A stretch of DNA of 64,000 nt from Felis catus (lineage: Eukaryota): positions 17,918,001-17,982,000 of the forward strand of contig NC_058383.1 in the NCBI RefSeq assembly GCF_018350175.1. Reading direction: 5' to 3'. The translations under genes were made by a program, and so were the position numbers. Below the pieces are notes generated by a model. That model ran no database searches and was not told where the DNA came from. It was given only the letters and a program-made list of their open reading frames with translations. This document shows positions 1 through 21,989 of the stretch, piece after piece (position 1 is the first letter of the stretch; the number at the start of each line of letters is the position of its first letter).

Positions 1-19
1 TGGGCATCTAAAGGGGATT

Positions 20-265
20 GGAGGCTGTATGTAGAGTTGGTTAAGAGCCCAGATTCTGGAGCTAGGCTGTCTGGGTTCAGATGCCATCTTTGATAGTTAT
101 GAGCTGGATGACATTCATCAAAGTACTTCATCTTTCTGCACCTTGGTTTCCTCATCTAAAATGAAAATAATGAGATCTACCTCATTGGGCTGTAAGGTTT
201 AAGTAAGCTATTTTAAGTAGAGTGCTTAGGACAGTGCCTGGCACATAGCAGGGACTTTCCAAGTC
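20..265 (+). mobile_element. MIR SINE fragment
   Basis: MIR core-like: ggtttcctcatctaaaatg...cctcattgggctgtaagg...acagtgcctggcacatag. Confidence 0.65.
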
Positions 266-899
266 TGCAGTTACCTGTTTGCTTTTTCAACTCAGAATTT
301 TCAGGCCCCCAGAGCAGGAAATGTCAACAGTTAAGTTGGAGCTGGGCCTAAAACCCATCCCTGTCCATCAGGACCCCAGCCCTGTGAGAGCCGAATGCCC
401 CTCTTTGTGGGCCCCCTTCACAGGGATCCCCCTCCTCTTGGAGAGGGTCTCTTGCCTCCTCCCATCCTCCTAAGGCCAATTTCTACTTGTATACCTAAAG
501 ATAGTGTTGGGTGTGTATGATTTACCCGTTGTGTGACCTCGGGCACATCACTTCCCTTTCTGGGATACCCACAGCCTGCTTCCCTCACAGTGCAGAGTAA
601 TGCTGGGGGGGAAAAAAAAAAAAACGTTTAAACTATTTTTGCTGCCCCTACGAGCCATTTCCACATCAGCAAAATAAGGCATTCCTTTTACTGATGACCT
701 CACTCCTTTAACCAGTGACCTCTTACTTGCCAGGTAAAACACAATCCAGATTGGAACCGCTTCAGCTTTGTGTTCCCAAACCCACCTTTCCTCCCTCCCA
801 GTGACAGCAGGACTCTCATCCTTACTGATTGATCTCTTATCACATACCCTCTCCATGGTGAGTTCTCTCCTATCTCCTCTACGTAAGCAACTTCCCTTC

Positions 900-1420
900 C
901 TTTCCACTAGCAGATATAAAGCATCATCGAGTCTCTTTCCTATTGACAAAACCCCAACAAATCTCCAGCCACTGCGCTCTTGCTTTTCACAGCCAAGCCT
1001 CTTAAAATGGATTGTCTACACCCATCCGCTGGGCTTCCTCATTCTCCTATTTATACTCTAACCCACTCAAGGATGGCTTTCACCCCCACGCCTCTTCTCA
1101 CCACTTTCCCGGAGTTACAAATACAGCGTCTAAGAGAGCTGACCACTCCCTCCATGAAACACTTTCCTCTAGATTTTCCAGACGAGACACTTCTGGTTTT
1201 CTTTCTAGCTGTGGCTGCCCTTTCACGAACTCTTCTTGGGTACCCTCTCATCCACTCCAGACCTGGTATCCCCAAACTACTATTTCCAATCACCTCTCTG
1301 ACCCCTCTGCGTTCACTTCACCCTCAACAAGTCCAGACTGGGGCGTAACCATTGTCACCACAATTCCTGCCCTGCTCCTCATCCTGTGCCCTCATCTCTG
1401 ACTCTGCCCGTCATCCAAGC
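900..1420 (+). mobile_element. Old L2 LINE fragment
   Basis: L2-like pyrimidine-rich tract including gctgaccactccctccatgaaacactttcctct. Confidence 0.5.
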
Positions 1421-1720
1421 TAAGAAATGAAATCAGCCGATCTCTCCTAGACTGAAGTTCATGCCTGCTTACCAACGAATGCAGTGGCTGTTTGATCAGA
1501 ATGTGCAGGATTTGTGCACCCTTCCAGGCCTGAAGTTATGAGGACAATCAAGGGCCAATCCCCCCCACGTAAAGCCGGTGCAAGAAATCCTTTTGGGCTT
1601 ATAGCCTCACTTGGCTCCATGGTAACTCATTCATATCACTCAAGCCTGGGGAAAACCCCAACTTTCCTCCTCCCCTCCCTCACCTCACTCACAGGCACGG
1701 GTGGGGTGAGGATTTAACAC

Positions 1721-1726
1721 TTTATT
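1721..1726 (-). terminator. Polyadenylation signal (AATAAA) of ZNF771
   Basis: tttatt on + strand, about 230 nt past the stop codon. Confidence 0.75.
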
Positions 1727-1953
1727 CACTAACACGGGCCAAGGGGTTGTAGTGAGAGGGAGTGGGCACTGCTTCCTGGGATCGCAGTAGGGCGTTCTCC
1801 CGGCCTCCCAGTTCCAAGGCAGTCAGGCCTGCTGTCCCACCCCTTTCCCAGTGGGGCGGGGAGATCCAGGGTAATGCAGGCCCAGGTAGGGGTCCCAGCG
1901 TGTCCCTGCCCCCAGCCGGACGCTAGCAGCCCCACAGGGACGAGAACGGCGGC

Positions 1954-10261
<8,308 letters not shown>

Positions 10262-10539
10262 CTTGGTGTTCTGGGGTGAGGGGCTGGGTCAAAAGCTCAG
10301 GACTTGCACCCACTCCCACCCCGCCCCGTGGCCCTGACCCCAGCAAGTCGGTGAAGCCTGGGCTTCTCCCGCTCTGCCCTGGTCTCTGGGTCTGCCCTCT
10401 TCCCTCCACCCAGCCCAGCCCAGCCCCACGCCCCAGGACCAGCTCCGAAGACACTCGTTCTCCCCACTCATCCCGGCATTCAAGGCCCTGTGCAGTACGA
10501 ATCTCCAGCCCCAGCAAGTCGGCACCCTCCCCACGCTGA

Positions 10540-11150
10540 GTCACTCCCCCGCGTCTGGGCCAGAGGCCCTGAGCTCTAGGGCATGGTCTGGGGGCGGGAT
10601 CGGGGCGGAGACCCCGGTGGGGTGCGCACTCACCAGCCGCAGATTCGGCGCTCGCACAGCCCCTGGCCAGGGCGCCGGGCGGTTGGGCACTCTGCGAGGC
10701 CGCGGCTCCGGGGGCGGGGTGGGGCGGGGCCTCGCAGACGGCCAGTCATTGGTCAGGTCACCTAACCCCGCCCACGAGGAGGAGGGGCCCAGAGGACCCA
10801 GGCGTCCGGCCAGAACTGCCCCGGGAGGGTGGCGAGCCCAGATCGGGCGCCCTCCGCTGTACCCCAACTCCCAGGAATCCCCGGCCACCCCATCCCGGCG
10901 TCCAAGGTCTTCGCAGTCCAGTTGTTGCCTACCTTCAAGGATCGTCTCCTGTGGCCGCCTCGGAGATCTCCGCTGCGGCCAAGCGCGTCTGCTCCGCCCA
11001 AAATAGGCCACGTGCGCTCCCGCCCCGGCCTGGGCCTCTCGCTGGCGCCCCGCCTGGAGGGCGGACCCGGTTGCCTGCTCACCTCTTCCCTTCCCTCTTT
11101 TTTCCTCCTCTCCTATTTTTTCTCCTTTCCCGGCGTCGCCCTCCCAGTCT
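10540..11150 (-). promoter_or_regulatory. CpG-island promoter of ZNF771
   Basis: CpG-rich; GC boxes (ggggcgggg ~10710-10730) and CCAAT (attgg 10748) just upstream of the putative first exon. Confidence 0.75.
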
Positions 11151-12899
11151 CCTGGTGTCTGGGATGTCTTGCCCCTTGAATATGTACTTCGCAAATCAAC
11201 AGCCACCCAAGCTACCGCAGCCACTTAGGGTGTGGCGTGCCTACTATGCGCCAGCATTATGCTAAGTGTTTTACACACATGATCTTTGATCTGCACAAAG
11301 GTGGGTCCATTTTACAGATCAGCTATCAGAACTTGAGGGAGATAAAACCGATTTGCGCAAGTTATACAGTAAGAATTCGCATAGCGTCCCTGACAAGTAA
11401 TAGCCTAAGTGGGAAATTAGTAGTCCCACGGGTCAAACCCAGTCCACAGAAGTATCTTGTTTGACTCTCAGGGTGTTTTTACTTTTTTTTTTTTTTTTTA
11501 ATTAGTTTTAAAAAATACAGGTCTTTTACACATTTTAATTTGCCACATTTAAGAATTGAGAGGTATTTTATGGGGGCACCTGGGTGGCTCAGTTGGTTAG
11601 GCCTCCGACTCTTGATCTCAGCTTCTCAAGGTCTCGATTCAAGCTCTCTGCTGGGTGTGAAGCCTACATACAAAAATAAATAAAAAATTTAAAAACTAAG
11701 ATATTTTGTATGAAGAGCTGTATTTCCCACTTCTGAAAAAGATACTTAATTCTCCCATTCTACGAACGGGGGAACTAAGATTCAGAAAGGAAAGAAAAGA
11801 GAACTAACATTCAGTAATTGCTTATAATCCTTATGTCTCTTTATATATCAGTCCAGTGGGAATCAATAATAATGTCTCCCTCTGACAAACGAAAGAACAA
11901 AAGCTTAGAGAACTTAAATGATTTACTCAAAGTCACATAGCTGGTAAGTACCAGATTCCAAAGCTCACGTCCTTTCGATTTCACCAAATTATCTTTCAGA
12001 AATGAAGTTACGTGGGGAAGCTGGTGGCAGAGCTAGGACTCAAACCTGAGTCTCAGTCTTCAGAGGCCAGGGCATAATTTGGAAGTTGGGATTACATCTG
12101 GTAAACTTTTGTTCTTCCTCAGAGAAAGTGTGCCTGGATACTCACACTCAAGATCACCAAGACCCACTTTGGTTGTGTTCATTCTCTTATCAAGTATTTC
12201 TTGGGCTCTATTACATGCCTGGCACCATTCTGGGTATTGGAGATGCAGTAGTGAACAAAACAGACAAAAATCTTGGCTGCTATGGAGCTTTTAAGAGTGT
12301 AAAAATGGTAAGCAAGTAAGTCAAGAAGATAATTTCAGATAATGAAATAAATAGGGCAAGATGATGCAGTAGAGAGTGTGGCTGTGGTTGGGGGTTTCTT
12401 TCATGTGGATAGGGGGAGCATCTCTGAGGAAATAATACTTGAGATGAATCTTGAATGGGGAGAAAGGATTAGCCATTTGAAAATCTGGAGGAAAAGTGTT
12501 CGAGACAGAACTGTAGAGGCCTAAGGTGAGAATAAGCTTGGCATATCTGAGGAACAGTAAGAGGTTTATGTGACTGGAGCCAAGTGAGTTAGCAAAAGGG
12601 TAAATCTAGCATGAGTGATGGAGAAGAGGTAGGGAGGGGCCAGGTTATGGCTGGAACCCCACTTCTAGCAAAAGGCAAGGCCTGCTTGCCCTGATTCAGT
12701 CAGTGAGGAGACTCCACTGGGAACAGTGAAAGTCACCACTGGCAGGGTCTCCTGCTGTGGGAAGGCTTTGGAATAGATGCTTGTGAAAAAGGAAAAAGAG
12801 GGCTTCTGTCCATCTGCTCTACAAATGTGTACAAGCATATACCAGGACTCAGATCTAGTTTCTGTGCTTGAGAATCTTAGAGTCTAGTAAAAAAAGATT

Positions 12900-12902
<3 letters not shown>

Positions 12903-12943
<41 letters not shown>

Positions 12944-12965
12944 TACATATACATATACATATATG
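12903..12965 (+). repeat. (TA)n microsatellite
   Basis: Direct tandem repeat. Confidence 0.95.
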
Positions 12966-14199
12966 AAAGGGAAAACAATAGATATATAAGTGTTCCGGCA
13001 GCATAGTAAGATGAGTGAATAACTGAATAACCCCCTTGGAAGGGAGTGGTTATTGGGTGCAGCCCTCGCTGAAGAGAAAAATGTGAAGGACCTTCAAAGA
13101 TGAGTGGGAGTTTGCCATATTGACAAGGAAGTAGCAGTTTATGGGATTGTAAACTCCTATGAAGAGCCCATCATGTTTCAAGGACACCGTTCACCGAAGT
13201 ATTCAGTGAGGCCTATTGTGTGCCAGGCTGCTGTTAGGACGGGGCGGGGGTGGGGGAGGGTGGGGTAGAAAGTTGAATTTGGAGAAGGCTTCATCTTACA
13301 CCTCACCCCTCTCCATTTCACTATTTGCCTTCAGACTCACTAGAACTTTACTTCAATTCTTGGGTGCCCAAAGACTTGGTGCATACTCTTCTTCCCGCCT
13401 AGAAGGCTCCAGCTCCTATCCTATCCCCCACTCCTTTTCTTAGCTTCTAGTTGCCACTTCTTTGGCGAAGCCTTTGAATCGGGCGGGATTCTCTTCTGTG
13501 TGTTTGCTTCCTGTAGAGTCCTTACTACACTTGGAATTATTTGGCCAACGTCCATCTTCTGCATAGAAACCGAGGGCAGAGACTTTGTCTTATTCATCCT
13601 CCTATCCCCCATACCCAGCACACAGTAGGTAATGCTGTTGAGTGACTAATTAGCCTCAAGAAGTTCTGCAGGTATTAAGTATTGAGAATAAGTAGATTCT
13701 AACCCAGGCTGGAGGTTCAGGGAAGGCTTGTGGGGAAAAGTAATGCTTGAAGTGTTCTGTCTTGGAGAGGTTAACAAGGGGGAGGGAGTGGGGATGGGGA
13801 TGAGCATTCCATGCAAACGGAGCAATATTTGAGAGGCACAGGGCGGAAACCACACAAATGGAAGACCTTGAATGCCAACTTGAATGCCAAGGAGTTACGT
13901 TTTACAGAGAAATGTGGAAATACGGCAGGGTTTTTAATAGGGGAGCGACACAGTCAGATGTAATTTTACAAAGTTCGCTGCAGGCTGGCTTGGAGGTCGA
14001 CTGGTTGGGAGGGGAAACACGGAACCCAGCAGGGGCGATCTTCCAAACACCCCCGGAGACCTCCATTCAGATCTGTGGGTGTGTGTGCACTTAAGGACCG
14101 AAGTCTCCAAGAACCCCAAGCTTGAATGCAGCATTCTAGGGTTTCGAGAGTGTATTTAACAACTTGGCAGAGGTGGGAAGACCCGGAGGAAGGGCGCTC

Positions 14200-14800
14200 T
14201 AGCAAGCTTTCGTTGGTTTCTAGGGAAGCCCGGCGGATGGTTACGATCTCGCGAGAGCGTGTATCCGGGGACCATTCCCCCCACGCAGAATAGCGGAGAC
14301 GCCCAACTCGCGAAGTTGCTAAGCGGTCTTGTACTTAATTTCTCAGATGGGTTAACTGCCCTCGTCTTCTTTGTCCCTGGCCAATCAGGTCAGTTCCTCT
14401 TTTCCTCCCCATTGGCGCCCTCCTCGGAAAAAGCTAGGAATTGTAGTCCTGCTCCTAATGACGCATGGGTCGCTGAGAATATATGGTTGTTTTTTTTCCA
14501 GGGACTAAAGAGGCATCCCCTTTGCCCTCCCTTTGGACTATGCAGTCAAACGACCTGTTTCCCGATAAATAAAAAAGGGCTTCAGGGAGGTGGGGTTTCC
14601 CAGTAGGCCCAGCATCAGTGTCGGGGACTTCTGTGCCTGTACTAGACGGACGGCCACCTTTCCCCGGGTACCTGTCGCCATAGCAACGGCGCTCACGGAC
14701 CGCTCACCCCCACCCCAGCCAGCCCTGTGGCGCCGAGTTTTTCCTTTTAGGGGCCGCGCTCGACGTTGTGGTGTAGGTGGCGCCCGTGGACAGCCAGAAG
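14200..14800. promoter_or_regulatory. Orphan promoter-like CpG element between the ZNF48 3' end and the ZNF771 promoter
   Basis: TCTCGCGAGA palindrome 14247-14256; CCAAT 14381 and ATTGG 14411; ACTACAATTCC motif on - strand 14437-14447; RFX X-box-like GTCGCCATAGCAAC 14674-14687. Confidence 0.65.
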
Positions 14801-15019
14801 TCAGGAGCATCAGCTGACAAACCTGGTGGCTGTTTTTTCGACTAGATGTCACACCTAGATAGCGGCAGACTATTCCAACTTCTTTATTTGCTGGGCTCAA
14901 AGACAAGAGACCCTCACAGGGTTACACATGGCTTCACCTGTGGTGGGGCTTTGACATCTTTTCCACCCCTCACCCTGCGCACACACACAAGCACAGAGTC
15001 CAAGCTTCAGACAAGAAAG

Positions 15020-15025
15020 TTTATT
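15020..15025 (-). terminator. Polyadenylation signal (AATAAA) of ZNF48
   Basis: tttatt on + strand, about 800 nt past the stop codon. Confidence 0.7.
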
Positions 15026-15822
15026 GGCAAGGAGATACATGGAAATGTGGCTGTCCTGCCTTGGAGCTTCCCTGGCCTCTCCTCACTCCAGTCCTGCCCT
15101 TCTCCCAGCCAGTTTGTCTCTGCTGACGTCCACCAGGACCTGGGCTTGGCATCGAGTGTAGGAGTGCTCCTTCTGCTGTCTCTGGTCTATTCTGCCAGTG
15201 TCCAGGTGTCAGGGCAGGTTGGGGTTCTCCAGGGCAGATGGGTCTGGGCTGTCCAAGAGCGCCCTTCCTGGCTAAGGCCATGTCCAGGGGCCTGAGCCTG
15301 CGTACTGCAGTCCACACAGCAACACTCTCCCCATCAGAAGGTTCAAGATGCTCCTGCCTCTCTACCACCCCAAAATCCTGAAGTCTCTCTGTTGTAAACA
15401 CAGGTCAAACCCTGTTTGGTGCTGGCCAGGGTGCTGGTCTCCTAAGGGCAAGGTTGGGTAGGAACAATCCTTAACAGGTTAAGAGGCAGCAGGAATTTAG
15501 AGTTCTTTAAGGGCCCTCAGGCTAAGGCCAGTTTATTCATTCAACAAGTACTTATTGAGTGCCTACACTATTCAGAGTACAAGGCAGTGTTCTAGAAGCT
15601 GGGGGTATAGACCACACTGTCAAGATCCTGACTGAGCCCAGCCAGGACAGTTTCCTGAGCTTCAAGGTCATTGTCTCCAATCTCTATTTCTATCTATTCA
15701 CTCCTTTCTCCCATTTCTTCCCCTTCTTCTCCCTCCCACCACCTCCCCGGCCCTTTCTTCTCTGCTTAAGCAGCCGATACCCTCCCTTTGGTCTCCTGGG
15801 CCTCCACCTTCCCTGGACCCCA

Positions 15823-18800
15823 TCATTCCAGTCCTGTTGGCGGCTCCTCTTTGAGGGGCCTTGCCCGACCATCCCCTGTCCCAAAGGGCCTCAGGACCAA
15901 GTGCCCACGCTGGTGCTTGATTCGGGCAGAACTGTCACCAAAACCTTTGCCACACTCTGCACACTTATATGGCTTCTCCCCAGTGTGTGTTCGCCTATGT
16001 TTGACCAGATCTGAGCTCCGGGGAAACTCCTTCCCACAGAAGCCACACACATGGGGCTGGCTGGGTCCAGAGGGCTGGGCTCGGACTCGGGGTCGAGGGG
16101 CCATGGGTGCTGGGCCAGGGGGGTTATGTGGCCTCAGGAGAGTGGATGGTGGTGGTGGCCGNNNNNNNNNNNNNNNNNNNNNNNNNNNNNNNNNNNNNNN
16201 NNNNNNNNNNNNNNNNNNNNNNNNNNNNNNNNNNNNNNNNNNNNNNNNNNNNNNNNNNNNNNNNNNNNNNNNNNNNNNNNNNNNNNNNNNNNNNNNNNNN
16301 NNNNNNNNNNNNNNNNNNNNNNNNNNNNNNNNNNNNNNNNNNNNNNNNNNNNNNNNNNNNNNNNNNNNNNNNNNNNNNNNNNNNNNNNNNNNNNNNNNNN
16401 NNNNNNNNNNNNNNNNNNNNNCTGAGTGTGAAGGGCTTCGAGGTGTCAGTGGGGGGCTTGTGCCAAGAGGAGGTGGGGGTGGGCTTGAGCTGGGGGGTGG
16501 GCTGGGGATCAGGGGGGCCAAAGGGTAGCCTGGGAAGCTGAAGTCCTGGGGCTCCATGTGAGTGAGGCGGTGGCGGAGGAGGGTGGAGCTGAGGCTGAAG
16601 GTGCGGTCACATTCCGGACAGGCGTGAGGCCTCTCCCCACTGTGGGTGCGGAGGTGTTTGACCCGGGCAGAGCTGTCGGCAAAGCCCTTGCCACACTCAG
16701 GGCACAGGTAGGGCTTCTCTCCCGTGTGCACCCGCAGGTGCTTCACCAGGTCTGAGCCCCGGGCAAACTCCTTTCCACACACATCACAGCCAAAAGGTTT
16801 GGGCCCCAGGTGACTGCGCTGGTGGCTCAGAAGGCTGCAGCTGAGCACAAATCTTTTGCCACAATCGGTGCAGATATATGGCTTGTCCTGGGCCTTGGGT
16901 CCCTGTGGGGCTGCTGTGGCTGCTCGAGAAGGCTGCCGTCTGGGCACCACGGGCCGGGGTGGCTGCTCCCCCCGGTGTGTCCGCTGGTGCTTTATACGAG
17001 CAGAACTGTCACCAAAGCCCTTGCCGCAGATGCCACATTTGTAGGGCTTCTCACCCGTGTGTGTCCGCTGGTGTTTCACCAGGTCAGAACTCTGCCGGAA
17101 GCTCTTGCCACATTCACCGCAGATAGTGGGGCGCTCACCAGCCGGGATCCTGGACCGAGGAATCTTTGGGGGACCCTGGGCTGGTGGTCGGGCTCTGTAG
17201 GGCTTTTCACCACTATGAGTTCGCTGGTGTTTGATACGGGCAGAGCTATCCCCAAAGCCCTTGCCGCAGACCCCACACTTGTAGGGTTTCTCCCCTGTGT
17301 GGGTCCGCTGGTGTTTCACCAGATCTGACATCTGCCGAAAGCTCTTGCCACACTCACCACACACGGCAGCCCGATCGCTAGCCTGGCCCCAGCGTGGCTC
17401 TCCCAGGAGCCGGGGACCTCTGTCCCGAGCCTGAGGTTTTCCCGGTCCCTCTCTCTGGACCCACAAGTCATCCCAGGTCTGGATGCCTTCAGGTTTGAGA
17501 GAGGCATTTCCTACTTCATGACCTGGAGCCGGATCTTCCTCTTCCTTGAACCCCAAGTCATCCTCCTGGGGGGGATGTTCAAACTCATCCGGCTGAGCAA
17601 TCTCCACATTCTCACTCCCTAAACCTGGGGAGACAAAAGGGAGTAGTAGACCCTGCCCTTTGGCTCAGCTCCTATCTTTGATGGCACCTTCCCCAGGAAG
17701 GCTTCCTTGGCGATCTGTAGTCACAAGGATGTCTCTCCCTCTCTCCTCTGAACTTCTGAAATACTTAGTATTGCTGCCTCTCATCAACAATGGTAACTTC
17801 CTGTCAACGTGCCCTTAATACGTGCCGGTCACTGAACTACCCATCACTGAATCCTTGCAAACAATCCTATGATACAATGCTACTACTACTCCCATTTTAC
17901 AGACATGGAGATTCCAAGAACTTAAGCCACTTGCTTAAGGTTATAAAGCATCACGCTGGTAAGAACAGATACTACACTTGGCCAAAAGGCCAGGCAGCGA
18001 TGGGGTTAGGAAGTATTAAAGCCATGTTTCTCACTCGGGTCTGTCTGATTTCCAGGCCTGTGTTAACCACTACATTATACTGTCTCTATATAGAACACCT
18101 ACTATTTACTATTTCTATTATATCTTCTTATATTAGCCCATTGTGTAATGTATTACTTCAATTATCTTGCATATACCTGAGAGGACCCAGACCCACACCT
18201 GTCCCTCAAAATGCTTAGGAGAGGTAAGATCAAGCACAAATAATTATAATTGTGGGCTCAGAAAAACTGCGGTCACAAGAGAAAGAGGAAATAAGGAGAT
18301 AGGGCGAAGCTTTCACAGCACAGAAAAGAGTAAACCATGGAGAGGAATGGAAGATAAAGCTGGAAAGGGATGTTGGGACTAGATTAGGCATGTAAGGCCT
18401 AGATCGAACACTACATTAAGGCTTTTAATTAGCAGGCAGAAGGGAACTAGGGAAGGTTTTTGAGAAGGCAAACAGGATTACATCTGGACTTGGATCAATG
18501 TGGTTGCTGAGTGCATCACTGAAGAGAAAAGGGCTGTGGGGAGGTTTTTGCAATTGTCAAGACGAGACAGAACGAGGCCTGAAGTAGGGCAGAGGCTGTG
18601 AGGCTGCTGATGAGTCTCCAGGAGTGGGGAGAGTCCTTGCGATGATGCCCCTTCACGGCCTGACGCACAGTAGGTGCTCAGAAACGTTGGCTCCCTCCCT
18701 CGGTTTTTGCTCCCCTCCCCCTCCCCCTGGAAGCACGGTTCACGTCCGATTTTTCTGGGCTTCGGCCAGACACAGCCCGGCACCGGAGTCCCCACCCAGC

Positions 18801-18918
18801 CTTTACCTGCCCGTGGCGGGATACTGCCCCGGCCCTCACCTGTGCGGGCGCCTCTCAGCTGCTCCCTCTCCTCTGCGCCCTGGAGATCCGGGCCCCAGGG
18901 CTCCACCGCGCGCTCCAT
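15823..18918 (-). CDS. ZNF48: Zinc finger protein 48 (C2H2); coding exons 18918-18840 and 17624-15823
   Basis: [26 protein letters not shown]|G (79 nt, donor 18839) joins acceptor 17626-17625 in phase 1: [15 protein letters not shown]... followed by many CxxC...HxxxH fingers with TGEKPY linkers and ending EEPPTGLE*. About 626 aa including N-gap 16162-16421. Confidence 0.95.
16162..16421. other. Assembly gap (N run) inside ZNF48 coding exon
   Basis: 260 N. Confidence 0.99.
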
Positions 18919-19760
18919 CGCCCGCACGCCGCCCTGAGCAAGGGGACAGACACAATCCCACGGTCACACAGCCATGTGCGGCCCGCGGCACCCTGTCGCT
19001 GCCCTCTGCCGGCCAGCGCGGGCACCGGGCAGCGGCCGGGTCCGAGGTGCGGGGTGCGGCTCCCGGTGACCCCCGCCCGCGCCGCCGGCCGTCCCTGCAC
19101 CTGCTGCTCCTTCCGGCCCGCAGCGCCCCCTTCTCCTCCCAGCCGGCTCCGGCTGTGCCACACCGGCGCCCTCACGAGCTCCTTGGCGGGGTTTCGCTGC
19201 CGGAGCCGCCGGCGGCCGGGGTATGCGGGCTCCGCGCCAAATGGGGAGGGGGCTCGGACCCAGGCTTCCCGGGGGCGGCCGCCGGGGGCGGGGACGGGAA
19301 GCGGAAGCGCCAGGCCGCACCAAGCCGCTCTAGGAACTGGGAGGAGCTGCAAGCCTGTGGAGGCCGCCCGCGTCTGCCGGCGCTCGGTGGCCGGCGGAAG
19401 GCCGCGTGCCGCGGAGAGGGCTACTCTAAGCCGAGGACAGTTGCCCGAACTCGGTGGTATTAACCGTGTACCTCCTGGGCCGGAGCCGGGTGATGAGGGC
19501 CGAAGACTCTTCCTAATTGTCGCTGTGTCGGGCCACCTGCGCCGACCCCCGGGGCTGGCCGACTGCGCCAGCCACCCTGGCCCGGAGAGACAAAGAGAGA
19601 TCGAAGACTGACCCAGGGAAAGGGGTGGGGGAGAGACCCAGGCAAACAAAGGGCGGCGGAGACCCCAGACGGGGCGGGGGCGGGGCGCCGAGACACAGGA
19701 AACAAAGCGCGGCGGGTCCGAGAGGCCTGGGGCCGGGGGTGGGGTGGGGATGGGGGCTGG
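18750..19760 (-). promoter_or_regulatory. CpG-island promoter/5' region of ZNF48
   Basis: Very CpG-rich; GC boxes, ETS-like cggaag; candidate first-exon donor at 19100. Confidence 0.75.
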
Positions 19761-21989
19761 GCTGGGGGAGACCGAAGCCTGAGCAGCAGCTAGAGGCTAG
19801 AGGCAGACGCCTGGGAAATGCTGGGGAGAGTCAGCCTTTGAAATCAGGCCGGGGCGGAGACCCTGAGCCAGACACAAAGTCGTAACCTAAGAACCCCCAG
19901 TCAGAACGCAAAAGCCGAGAGAGACCGAGAGAGCGGCGAACCAAAAATACAGGAGCAAAAGATTGGCCTCCAGAGACAAAGAGATGTAGAAACATAAGAG
20001 ATAGATGAAATCATTGGAGCACAGTCGGAAGAGCTATAAGAAAAGGAAGGGAATCTGCAGAGAAAACAGGCCCAGAGGCAGAGAAACAAAAGACAGAGAA
20101 ACTGGCAGAGACAAAGAGATAGAGACACAAAGAAATAGGCCACAGGGAGACTAGGGACAGGTCGACAACCCTACAAAGGCCACACCCAGGGAGAGGCTAA
20201 AACATTAAACTATCGTTCCCAGCTTGGTGGGCCGTTCCAGTGGACCCTGGGGCGTGATCCCCAGTATCTGTACTCAGCAAGCTTGCCTTTGGGGAAGGGG
20301 GGAGTGCTTGGAAGTGTTTATTATCTGATAAGTGAGGGGTGACAGAGGTTTGTATATCAATTCACAATTTATTAGCACCTCAGTGCTAAGCCAAGAGTTT
20401 GGGATAAGGAGGTGAAACATGTAAGATACATCCTTGGATGCTACCAGTTTTAAGGGGCAAGTACACAAACCATGAAAAAGAATTGTAAGGGTGTGAGTTA
20501 CATGGACCAGTTCAAGATACTGTGCGAGAGCAGGAAGAATTCTAAATTGGGAGTGAGTCTGCATGGTTCTGGATGCTTCCTATTCATGGGTATTAGACAC
20601 AGAAACTAGGACCACAAATCAATCAGTACATACTTAAGCATCACGAACCAATATCTAGACACTGTCTACTCCCTGGACTTACAAAGAAACTCTCCAGGGA
20701 GCTCTTGATCCAGTAGAATATGGAGATGTGGCGACAATGAGACAGATCTATACCAATCTGACGAACAAAATATAATAGGAATGTAGTGCAGAGAGATACC
20801 TTCTGTAGAGTTTAGTGGCTGTGGACTCTGTCTTTAAGGCCATTTATGCAGTCTGATTCCTGACCTTGTCACTTAACTACTGCTTGACACTGCGGAAATT
20901 AGTTCTGTTTCCTAAACTGTAAAATGGAGATGATAATACCGAATTTGAATGGTTGAGGATTAATATGTGTAATATGTATAAAACACTGAGCCAAAAAATA
21001 CCAGCTTTTACTCTTTTGGCTAGAGTAACCAAGAAAGAAGGTGGCATTTTTGAGCTAATCCTGACAGAACTAAGATTTCGACAAAGTCCAGAGCTGGCTG
21101 AGGTGGGGGCTGAATGAAGAGAGATGTGCCCCCACATTAACAGTTGCCTACACACTAATCGAAAACCTACTATGTGCTAGAAGCTTGAGATCCAAAGATG
21201 GCTAAGACCTACCCTCAAAGAGGAAAATAGAGAATAGTTCTGTTTTAATGTGTCACGATGTCATGAGTTTACATAATAGGAAAGCAGTGGAAGCTAGAGT
21301 GGTATGTTTATTCATTTGCTCCACAAACATTTCCTGGGGGTCCCCCATGTGTCAGGCACTTGTACCGGCAAACAGAGGTAAGAGGGTACCAAATGGCAAA
21401 GAGCTAGCCCCTCTCGGAGGAACCCTCCCCTGAAAGGCGGCCAGCCCACACACCATACTCACTCTTGGAGCTAGCTTTGACTTTAAGAAGAGAAAGCCTG
21501 GAGTCACTAAGTCCGAACCTGAACTCCGGTCTAAAGATACAGAAGCCCTTCTAGGGTCGCCAGGTGGGGCCTTAGGTAGCTATGCAGGTTTGATGGCAAG
21601 ATGAAAAAGAACGAATCTAGATAATTAAATGAGAAAACTGCCCACCATATATTGCCCATAGGAATGTCAAGGCAGGATCTTCCTTTCTCTGAACAGGCCC
21701 CAAATCTTATAACATGAATGACTGGACACATTTGTTTGAATAATAAGCATGTAAATGAATATTATGTCACTAGTAATTCATGTCATCTCTATACTAGATA
21801 AACCGAGAGCCTTTTCTGCAGGACAATTTGTTAATATGCACAAATGCCTTAGATACGTGACTTCCTTTGATTCAGTAATTCCCCTTCCCCTAAGGAAATG
21901 GGACAAGTACACAATGATGGCACCACAAACAGGCCCAACCCATTTCAGCATTGTTTATCACTGGGAAGAATGGGAATCAATCTAAATGC

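Noticed and set aside
548-1401. Cluster of 97-133-aa ORFs
   Set aside because: Overlap decayed L2-like sequence; no intact reverse-transcriptase motifs
18624-19649. Several 200-280-aa ORFs on both strands
   Set aside because: Low-complexity G/A/P/R-rich ORFs expected in a CpG island
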